This document shows, piece after piece, positions 1-10,649 of a DNA stretch of 20,000 nucleotides (positions are counted from its first letter, which is position 1; each line of letters starts with the position of its first letter). Location: positions 896,858 to 916,857 of the forward strand of contig NW_014577069.1 in the NCBI RefSeq assembly GCF_000485595.1, given 5' to 3'. This stretch comes from Priapulus caudatus. Its lineage: Eukaryota. The translations under genes were made by a program, and so were the position numbers. The notes under the pieces were generated by a model. It saw nothing but the letters and a program-made list of their open reading frames with translations. It had not been told where the DNA came from and did not search any database.

Positions 1-1059
1 CATGCATGCTATTGCATGCGCCTTTGACGTTATTGATTTCAATTATACGAGAACATACACAAATTAAAAACGCGCTGAGAAATTCAATGAGCTTAACCAA
101 GCGAACTAAGCGCATCTGATCAAAATGATACCGACACGAGTCGTCGTTCTTTTAAGCATACACAATTAACTTTAAACCATTGACCATTACCAGCTGCCGT
201 TTAGTGGTTAGTGCTGTAGCTGACATATTAGAGCGTGGACCAACAGCAGAAGCCACTTTGAGATTATAGGGGCATGTACTAGCTAAATAACGCAAAACGT
301 AAACTTGTTATGAACTTGCTTTATGCAAACGTTATCATTACGATTTCATGAATTGATGGGCTTTACATCACTAATCGCGTTCAATTACTTACTGTATCGT
401 CGAGGAATTGATGTAAACAAATGTCGATGTCACAAAGATTTTAAGGTGACGCGACAAACGCTTAAACTGCTGCGGATTTTTTCACGAATTCACATGTAAA
501 TGCGAGTAGTTTTTTAATTTTCGGTTATTATTTAGTCTCACACGAGACAGAAAACGTTTGATGTAAGCCGCCTTTACGTTTTCATTAACCATGTCATGTC
601 AAAAATGCATACCCCTCGTTAACGAGCAATTCCTTCAGGCAGTCTTCAGACAGAGTTCTCCGTGCCTTCCTAAGCTGATTACGTAATTAAGGCTTAATGT
701 CGTTAGAATGCTTGGCGAGACTCATTAGCATTTTATGTAATCACATTGATAGCGTGCTGCAGAAATTTGTGCTAAAACGTATATATTAATATTGCAATAA
801 TTGGAAAATCCTCAGATTAGCTAATCCATATGCAGTAATTCAGCTGCGTTAATCAACCATGTAGCAAGTTATTTCCGTAATGAAATGAGGTTTTGTTGCA
901 TAACGTGGGTGTGATCTTTTATGCAAATCTTTATGTCTAGTAATTCTGTCAGTTATTGCCTTAAATTTAATCAAGGAATCTCTACTTGATATGCTATTTG
1001 AATATACTTTACATTGAATTCACTATCTTAATAACTACAAAGTAACTATAACATGAAAC

Positions 1060-1300
1060 CTATATATATAAACTACTAATATACAACTTTGATAACGCGT
1101 GTATCTATCTATCTATTTATTTATCTCTCTCTCTTTCTTGTCTCCTCGTCTCTCCTCGCTCTCATCTCTCTCTCTTAATATATATACTACATATTATAGG
1201 TGATATTATTAGTATATATAATATGACTATATAACACAGGCACACAGACCGGCGGGCAGTATATATAATAATCTATATAAATATTATAATATAGTATATA
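1060..1300. repeat. Degenerate TA / TATC / TC low-complexity tract
   Basis: Direct reading; boundaries approximate. Confidence 0.75.
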
Positions 1301-3604
1301 GAATCTTTCGCCCTCCGTAATAACGGCCCCTTTCGCCGACAGATGTCGCTAGATTCAAATTGATGGTCTTTGAATGGACCGTTTCAATAATAGCAAGATG
1401 GTAAATAAACGCAAATCGGATTTACTACCATAGACTCAATGTTTATGTGATCTTCTTCGACTAATAATTCTACGTAAATGTCGTTCAAACACTTCTCTGC
1501 AACACACCGCCTCACCGCACGCACGCCACTAGTACTGTGCACAAACAAACTTACGGAAAGAGTTCTGTGCGTTTTCTTTCTTTCTGTGTGTTTGCGCACG
1601 GTTGCGTTCGTGCGGTAGGATTGGGTATTGCACATGAATGGTTGAACGGCATATACGTGGGGTTACTAAGCAACTGAGAGTAGATAAACATTGAGACATT
1701 GGCAGTAAACAGAACGTGGTTTTATTTACTAAAATTTTATTATTAAAACATTCCAACTGTCTGTGGAGTGGCTAGTGGTCGTAATCATGTAGCTTATAAT
1801 CATGTTGGACACGACACGCTTCGGAGATTGTATTACCGCAATCCAATCGTTACGCTGTCACTAGTCTGAGCACTATAGATTCGCGTTCAAGAATTAACTT
1901 GTCGGCATAACAGCACATACAGGGGCAATCTACATGAGATAACATGTCCCGTCAGCGGCGGAAGTTGATTCGGAACCCGGATTTCCGGAATACAGCTCTG
2001 ATCCACAAAATTCAACAAATGCAAGATAGCAATTCAAATATAAACGCAGCGTCACTGTCACAATTGTTCATAATGATTATGATGGAGAGCTGTAGACAGA
2101 TAGGACATCTCTAACTACCGGAATAAAGACAACAGCACGTTACCTCTAATTTCATGCGTAATACGGCACGTACTTATAAGCTCGGTTACCGATCAAGCCA
2201 GTCAACAACGCTCAGTGCAATAGATTTCCTCCACATTTCCAGTACAAAAAATAGCATGACCTCAACTTGTTCCTTCCGTGAAAATAGCTATATTTATCCT
2301 CGAAAAATCTGTATTAGCTTCATCCTCTGATCGATACGGTAATTTAACAGCGGTGGAAAAGACCTCGATAAAGCTTATACATATATATCGGATTTCGTGA
2401 ACCGCAAAATCTTAATTGGCGTGAAGCGTCTATGTCATGTCACAAATTCCGATATCACTAAAGATATATCACCGCTATTTGCATATATTATTCGATGCGT
2501 AACCGCAAGTGCATTTATTATACTATCATTAGCTCGTTAAATCCACGAGGGTTGCTTTCTACCGCGTTCATTTGATTTTTTATGTTTTCGATTTGGTTTT
2601 CATATTGTATTCGTCAGAATTGGAGCTTTTTCACGATATTCTGGCATTCATTTTCGGGTACAGTCTAGTATTAGATGTTATGGTAACATACGGCTGTCTC
2701 CGTCAGGAGCATAGGCATGTGTAAAATATTACGAGTTTTCAATTAGTGTTAACCTAGTTATTAAAGACCATTTTACCCATGCGAATTTGCATTAATCTTT
2801 TTTTAACACGTGCGTGTAAATAGTTAGATTTTCTGTGAGCAATTAGAACTGTTTTAGTAGCTAGTTTCTATACTATAGTTAGATATGCCCCGCAGTTAGT
2901 ACTACAGTACAAAGCGTATACGGTATGTGGGCATTAAACAAGTAATGAGTTTACATTGTACTGTGGGAGAAAGGTAGATAACTCCAATTTATTTAAACAT
3001 TTAATTCATCAGCTATTTATTAAATGAAAATACAATACGCGTCTAGTTCTATGAGAAACGGTACGTGACCTTGTAGCTAATGGACATCAACCACGCAGCT
3101 TGGCCATTACAATAACTACTTATGTGGCGTTTGCCGACAGCTAAAATTAGGACATTGAAATTAAACCATTGTCTGGCATATGCTCTGCACCACATCTGGC
3201 TCCTTTAGTTTGAGGTTCTTATGCAATAGCGTGATTCTGTTCAGGTCTAGCGTTATCTCGCTATTAATGATAGATGTTCTATTGTCAATAAACATCAAGG
3301 GAAACGGTCGCCTTTAATTAGATCCTAGCCGACAATGTTTCATTGTGTTAATAATTTACGAATGAATAGAATTATTTGTCAAACTATTGCATCATGACAG
3401 CTAGCTTTTAAGGCAGCTTGTTAGAGTGTTTTTTTGGAAACGTCTATTCATGTAATTATCCAATTAGGGATTTTTAGAAAATAAATTATCACTGAATGTC
3501 TATTTACAATAAGTTAGACGTATCGTGTTACTCGTCAGTGCCAGATGACATCTCAATATCCCGTGATAGTTTCGTCTCTTTTCATCAAATCAATTTCATT
3601 TTAT

Positions 3605-3923
<319 letters not shown>

Positions 3924-5674
3924 GAAAGACAGTTTGTCATCGCGCTATTCCTGTCACACAGCTCGTGCTGCATTCGAAGACACTGAATGCAAACTGCAAT
4001 TAAGCTACATTGGACTGAAGTCGAGCTACTTTATACTTCCATATTTCCTACGATTCACATGATAAGTAAAATTGAGTGCAATGTGTGTAAGTGGCCACTA
4101 ACGTTTTGGAAAGGTCGCTAAAAGGTCCCTTCGTTTTGCTCGTTGGATTTCTATCGCAATAACTCGGATCATCCGTTATGCTCCTACAGATAGATAGATG
4201 ATCATTCATTTCCTCAATCTAAAGGAACATTACTATGTAAGTGAAAGATTTTTATTGATCGTAGGCGAGCAACATTTTGCTGGCTGTAGATTATAATTGC
4301 CCATACAAAATGGTAAAAAAGTTGCATTTGGACTTGCGCCTTAGCTGTATGCCTTGTCTGTGTAATTTGCAATGGTTTCTGTATACTGTATACTGTATGT
4401 TAATATATATTACCAATCAATGTTTTCGTTCTTATTTATCTTATTATTATATTGCCTTAGTTAACGACGTTCGCAAAGCCAACGCCTCAATCTAAATTAT
4501 AAACATGGGACTCCCCAGTCCACACATTATTATTTACATAATGAGGGATACTGTATTTTGTTTAAAATGTTTTTATGCCTTTTATCTTATTCTAGTTTTG
4601 AAGATTATGAAGATGGATTGGAAGCTTTAAATTTCTATCCATTGCGCGGGAGTGTCTTATCCGTTCTCGCGTCATCTTTTAATGAAAATGTTGCATTGTT
4701 ATATGATTTTCAATTCATGTTATTATTTTTCGTAAATTTGAACATCGTTAAAATATTGTATGATAGGTCCTGTAAAAAAACTTCGCTTATAACATGCATT
4801 CGCATACTATCTGCTCAGCTACAACACCGAAATGATGCAATAAACAACGTACAATTGAATCTCGTCGTTGGTATTCAACTGATGTTCAGTTAATATCTAT
4901 ATATATATATAGGTATATGTATAGTTATATATGAATGTATATCTACAACAAGGAAGCCCTGGCCACGACTTCGCGGTTAATAGCTGCAGTACAGTGTACT
5001 CTAATGTGATTTACAACCCAGGAGGAAAACTCCTAACTGTATCTAACGATCCAGATTACAGCGGAAGTGAGCCGTGAATGCGATATTCGAAAAAGAGTCA
5101 AGGGTTTCTAACGCCGTCTCGCCTGATATGCAAATGAAACCAGATAGAATGTTAGGGTGATCATCGAGCACAACGTATAACTGTATCCGAAATGCTACGT
5201 ACGATAAATCAGGGGCTGAGAAGAAGTGGTATTATGTGTGTGTGTGGATGGAGCGGGAAGTTAAGACTATGCGTGGGGTATGCGTAGGCGGAAACAGAGG
5301 CTAAAACAGTCCCATTGCTGCGGCCCTACATTTTCGAAGTACAGCGAAACGGCCCTCTCGGTTGTTGGAAAACGCATCTGCAGCTCTCTTCTGCCACCTT
5401 TTTTATACGATCGCCACGCTACAGCAAAGCCGTGTCCTAAAAGCGTACCCCGTAGATATACATACGGAAAACTACCCTCATTCGCCCCCTCTGCGTGCGA
5501 ACAGTACTGAGATGCTACAGCATTCTCATTGTATATAGTGCTGTATATATACGTGGCACACTCACAACACGTCCTCTTCAAAGATTACCGGCCGTTATTA
5601 CATTATCGGCACATTCATCGAACATTCACGTCACACTTTTTTGTAGTGGAAACGGCTCGGGTCTTTTCTATATT

Positions 5675-5676
<2 letters not shown>

Positions 5677-5749
<73 letters not shown>

Positions 5750-5925
5750 GTAGTGTCTGTGTGTAGTGTGTTGTGTGTGTGTGTGTGTGTGGGATGTGTG
5801 TGTGCTGTGTGTGCTTGTGTAGTGTGTGTGTGTGTGTGTGGTGTGATGTGGGCGGCGCTGTGTGGTGTGATATTATATACTATAATATATATATATATAT
5901 ATATTATATTATATTATATATATAA
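5677..5925. repeat. Compound microsatellite (TA)n-(TG)n-degenerate GT-(TA)n
   Basis: Direct reading. Confidence 0.95.
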
Positions 5926-6770
5926 ATACTGTGCTGCGTTGTTTGCAAAGTCGTGCTGTGGCGCGTTTACTCCGTGGCTTCTCCACTGAGCGATGCAAGA
6001 TGCAAACTATCGTGTTTCTACCGCGGTATGTGTCCTATATTATTATCTCGTGAGTATGGGGGGCGATGCAATCGCTAGCTCAAAATCGACAGCGAAAGAT
6101 GCGCAGAGAGTAGACAGACATTCTCGTATGAACGACGTATATATATAGTTTAATAGAGTTTCTTATTAATATTTGCGCTGCGACCTTCAGTGCGCATTGC
6201 AGTTCTTAGTGGCGTTGACTTGCGGACAGCGCACTGTTCAAACAACAGTGAGATCAGGGCAAATAACACACGTGTTTGCAGAATTCCCGGACAATGGGAG
6301 AGTCGTCTGCACAATTGCTTTATAGCCAGGCTGCGTCGTCGGCCACACACGCGCACTCTAGCAGATCATATATCACACATCCGCGCCTAACGACCGACAA
6401 AACCGGTGTTTTAATCACATCTGGATTTTGTCATACCCTACATTACAGATGAAAGTTAGTATATGAGCACGGAAGAACACTTTATTATTGTAATCCGGAA
6501 GATATAACATGAGTTATCGGGGGAATTACGACACTGGAGCCTCAAGGCAACATCTGCTGAAGTGAAAGAGAATAGACCTTACCTTACACAGATGTACTAG
6601 CACGACAAACGTCGCAGAGAGACATATTGCGCTTAACAAACCACGTGTTTACCTCGTTTCCATCGACAGGAATACACATCTAGTGGCGGCATGCAGTGTT
6701 ACCGATAGCTGTATCAATTACAACCATTAAAGGCTTAAATTGTAACATGATGTAGTACATCATATACGAG

Positions 6771-7028
6771 ACCGGGAGTATATATATATATATATATATA
6801 TATCAGGAGTAGATAATAGGGATTATTAATAGAGATTCCCTATTATCTACTCCTGATATATATATATAAACAGAGATTCTTTATAATATGATATAATCTG
6901 TCATATCATCGGGAGTGTCATAATATAGGCATGTCATGTGCCATAATATATAGTGTCATAATATAGATCTATATTATGACACTCCTGATATCATATCATC
7001 TCTATTCATCACCTCCTGATGAGGTGAT
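6771..7028. repeat. Cluster of short inverted repeats and palindromes
   Basis: CAGGAGTAGATAATAGGGA (6804-6822) pairs with 6837-6855, extended by flanking (TA)n; perfect 32-bp palindrome at 6952-6983; 6908-6928 pairs with 6969-6989 (1 mismatch); hairpin ATCACCTC-CTGAT-GAGGTGAT at 7008-7028. Confidence 0.88.
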
Positions 7029-7165
7029 AGCGTACCGTGTATAGATGGATGCGAAACAAACTGAACTGCGGAAAGTATATAATCCAAGCACACGACATTG
7101 CACATTCACTGTGTATGTAGTAAAAGTTATCGCTATGCGTGTCCTAACCAACCCTGTTCAAGCTT

Positions 7166-7370
7166 GGGCCCGTTGTCAGAAACAAAGTTAACATTAACAT
7201 TAGTCTTACAATTAGTCTTAACGTTAATTTGGATTCGTAGACCGTTGACAGAAGTATCGTAAAGTTACGAGAATAAAAAATCCTCGCAAATTTTCTTGTA
7301 ACATTAACATTAGTCGTAAGTGCTATCTTAGCATTAGCATTAACTTTACGATGTTTCTGACAACGGGCCC
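7166..7370. mobile_element. 205-bp MITE with 19-bp perfect terminal inverted repeats, PIF/Harbinger-like ends
   Basis: GGGCCCGTTGTCAGAAACA at 7166-7184 and TGTTTCTGACAACGGGCCC at 7352-7370. Interior repeats TAACATTAACATTAGTC. Superfamily inferred only from the GGGCCC termini; flanks (CTT and CAG) are not a clean TSD. Confidence 0.8.
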
Positions 7371-7980
7371 CAGATTTTTGGCAACATCCCACAGCTTATC
7401 GAAACACGGGAGCCGTGATTTCTTTACCGCCGAATATATTACCGCTTTATATTTACGGAGTTCAGAATCCCGAATAATTGAGCACAGTATTATACTTACG
7501 CAATGTGGTATAATGATATCTTTGCTAGAATATCTTTCGCGGCTGTGTTTGATTGAGCCCGTTAGGTAAGTTATGTGGCTTGCATGCCGTTGCTAGCCGT
7601 TTGCTGTATCGTGACATTTTGATGCTTTACATCAGCATAAACAGTATTTTACCAGTATAATAACACTTATTCATGACTATACTTGTGCAATTATCGCTAG
7701 TATTTACTTATACGTATACTGTACCTGTAGCTAAGTATAATTACTTGTACCTTACATGCTGACTTGATTGACGATACTTGCAATGATTGTTAGCATGTAC
7801 CCTATCGATTCCCATGCGCGCGGGGTGTTGACAGTATCTGCCGCTGGGAGATGGGTGATGGGTGGTCGGGTTTGTCTATATTCAGGCCGGTACAGGAGAT
7901 AATTTGCATATTTTATCACGTGGTTTGTGTTATAACCAATCAGATGTAATCGCGTGTTCGTGACGTCACTTCGAGCTGTG

Positions 7981-8250
7981 AAGAAAATGGTGAAGGAGGA
8001 GTAAGGGGAGAAGGGAGAAGGTGGTGGAGAAGGAGGAGGGGAGAAGCTGGTGGAGAAGGAGGAAGGCGAGAAGGGAGAAGGTGGTGGAGAAAGAGGAGGG
8101 GAGAAGCTGGTGGAGAAGGAGGAAGGGGAGAAGGGAGAAGGTGGTGGAGAAGGAGGAGGGGAGAAGCTGGTGGAGAAGGAGGAAGGAGAGAAGGAAGAAG
8201 GTGGTGGAGAAGGAGGAGGGGAGAAGCTGGTGGAGAAGGAGGAAGGGGAG
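7981..8250. repeat. Purine-rich minisatellite, 60-bp unit, about 4.5 copies, cut by an assembly gap
   Basis: Unit GAGAAGCTGGTGGAGAAGGAGGAAGGGGAGAAGGGAGAAGGTGGTGGAGAAGGAGGAGGG starting at 8041, 8101, 8161 and 8221 (partial), with a diverged first copy at 7981; followed by 10 Ns. Confidence 0.95.
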
Positions 8251-8292
8251 NNNNNNNNNNACGAGTCTAGGGAGTTGCCTACGCCTACTCAT

Positions 8293-8375
8293 TAACCCTA
8301 ACCCTAACCCTAACCCTAACCCTAACCCTAACCCTAACTCTAACCCTAACCCTAACCCTAACCCTAGCCCTAACC
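8293..8375. repeat. (TAACCC)n telomere-type hexamer tract, about 14 units, interstitial
   Basis: Direct reading; two variant units (TAACTC, TAGCCC). Confidence 0.95.
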
Positions 8376-8440
8376 ATATCAGCTAGATAGTTACCAGGGT
8401 ACGTTCCTGCAGTACCCTGGGGCACATAGACCCTATGAGC

Positions 8441-8516
<76 letters not shown>
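8441..8516. repeat. (AGT)n trinucleotide microsatellite
   Basis: About 25 perfect units. Confidence 0.97.
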
Positions 8517-8517
<1 letters not shown>

Positions 8518-8661
8518 AGTTTAATAACAATTATATGATCATGATGTGTCAGTTGTTATAACCTACTAAGTGAATGAGGCATGTGGCACCAATACTACAC
8601 TCATCCGGCCCTAACACACACCGTTTGCCGTGCACATTCCATTTTTCAGGCTTCTGAGCAA

Positions 8662-8730
8662 GCACACACGCACACGCACATGCACATGCACGCGCACACG
8701 CACACGCACACTCACATGCACATGCACATA
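8662..8730. repeat. Degenerate CACACG/CACATG alternating purine-pyrimidine repeat
   Basis: Direct reading. Confidence 0.85.
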
Positions 8731-9149
8731 AACGTACGCAACCCCATACGCATAGGCATACGCATCCATACGCGTTATGTAGAGTGTCCGTACGTGGTTG
8801 TCAGCAGGAGTCGAGAGTGGATAGTAAACATGCATCCACATTGTACTTACCTGCCGTCATGGTGCTATGTGTATGTGGAGCCCTCTCCTATACTCTACTA
8901 TCCATCTACTAGCCCTCGATCTCCATCCTCTACTAGCCATGGGCGTACACTACTGTGTCTATACTATTGCATGTCAACAGGACAGAACCTTAGTCTTTGG
9001 TTAGCCAGAGCCTCATTTCATTCTTCGATTTACAAGAGGAATGTGCGATATATACACGCCATGAGCGAACAACGGAAAAGAAAAAGAAAAAAGAATGCTC
9101 GAGCATTCTCAATACAGTTCGATTACGTCAGACCAATCGTGGCCCGAGT

Positions 9150-9846
9150 GTAGGGGAGACCGGGGACAATTGTAACACTTTTTTCTAAATCTGACATAAA
9201 AACTTTATTATAGTTAAATACTTACTTCAAGGTATATGAAATTAAAGAGGCATATCTTGGCTTGAAATATGACTAGGTTTGGGTTAAGTAAAACAAGTTA
9301 TTTTGAAGCCATTATCATTTCAAAACTGGAAGTCAAGTGTTACAATTGGCCCACAACACGGGGCGATTGTAACACACCAATGGGGCAATTGTAACACATA
9401 CAATTGTACCAACAAATCATATCCCTCAGAATTTTTTTTTATATTTTTTATAAAGGTGACACGTTCTGTTACATTTGCCCCCGAGGAGACGGCCATAATT
9501 TGGGGGCTGTTTTTGTATCTTAGCATTAGTATTCGTCAAAACTTTTACCAAATACAGGCCTAAAAACCTATTTTTTATGATATACAAATGACAGTGATAG
9601 CTCAAGTACATATTTGTCCAGAAAAAAAACATTAGGTAATTCGAGATTTTACTTACCTGCTAAAAAAACGATGTTTTGGCTGTCAAATGTTCCTCGATGC
9701 GCAAACCTGCCTATCCTCAGAACAGCATGTGGGGCAATGAAATGTGCATGCGCTGTGAAGAGCGTATACATATAGCGCGTTTCTACTAGGAATGAGGGCC
9801 TCTGTTACATTTGCCCCGTGTTACAATTGTCCCCGGTCTCCCCTAC
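9150..9846. mobile_element. Non-autonomous DNA transposon (MITE), about 0.7 kb, with perfect 29-bp terminal inverted repeats
   Basis: GTAGGGGAGACCGGGGACAATTGTAACAC at 9150-9178 and its exact reverse complement at 9818-9846. AT-rich interior, no transposase ORF. TSD is either TA (element read as GGGG...CCCC) or AGT (9147-9149 and 9847-9849). Confidence 0.92.
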
Positions 9847-9892
9847 AGTCACGGTTTACTCTACACACACACACACACACAGCGGCGGCCTC

Positions 9893-10568
9893 GCGCATAG
9901 CGCGCAAAACAGTTTTGTTTCAGCCTCGCGGCGTATTTAGTCGTAGGCCCGTCGCCCTCCGCCTTCCCCATTCACCGGCGCGCGCGTCGGCGTCTCAGCG
10001 CTCCGGGAACTATCGCGACAGTTTATTTACGTATTTGTCCGGTGTGGATGACATTCGGTTCGAGTTTATTTGCGTATTTATTTTCCCGCGTGGCGAGATG
10101 AACTAAAACAAAAATGCAGCAGGCTTTTCATGCAGGCACGCAACAATACGCTCGGTGCTGCTCGCGAGATCAATCGAAGCTGCGAGGTTTGTTTAGAAAG
10201 CACGACGGAGCGGTGCAGGCCCGTGTGGACGACGCAAACCCATCAGGATGCCGCCTCTAAGCTACGACGGGGGCGCGGACAAGAAAGACAATTGCCGTGG
10301 CCGCCTCACCATTATTTACGCGGAGGGGTTCGCAAGTGCGGGCCACCTGCGCTCCGAAACTGAGACACATCTCGTCAGCGCGCATCGTGTTCCTAGCCGC
10401 ATATAAGCAAAATATCTGAAAGAAATGTTCACGGGCGGGGGCAGGTGCGTGCGGTTTCTGTAATACGATTCGCAGCTGTTTGGGATAAACTAACATCTCG
10501 CGTTCCGCCCCGTAGGGAAGTAGAGCGATTGGAGGAGAGGCGCCGAGAGAGCGAATTTCCAGTGAAAT
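9893..10568 (+). repeat. Direct repeat A, copy 1 (partner at about 16286-16886)
   Basis: Identical anchors: 42 bp at 10051-10092 = 16439-16480 and 40 bp at 10247-10286 = 16633-16672; colinear similarity on both sides with many small indels. Ends approximate. Confidence 0.92.
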
Positions 10569-10649
10569 ATATGATCGTATTACTTCAGCCTGACCGCAGT
10601 GTTTATTTCTCGAAGGTCTAACATTCTCGTTTGTCGATTCCATGACGTT

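Noticed and set aside
195..240. GTTTAGTGGTTAGTGCTG resembling a tRNA/SINE A-box
   Set aside because: No B-box (GTTCRA) or cloverleaf follows.
4991..5077. Short protein-like stretch TVYSNVIYNPGGKLLTVSNDPDYSGSEP with nearby AG and GT
   Set aside because: No recognisable family, weak splice context and too short to support.
8293..8375. True chromosome end
   Set aside because: Tract is short and has non-telomeric sequence on both sides.
8581..9153. 190-aa ORF
   Set aside because: Contains a CACACG repeat translation and has no recognisable domain or splice support.
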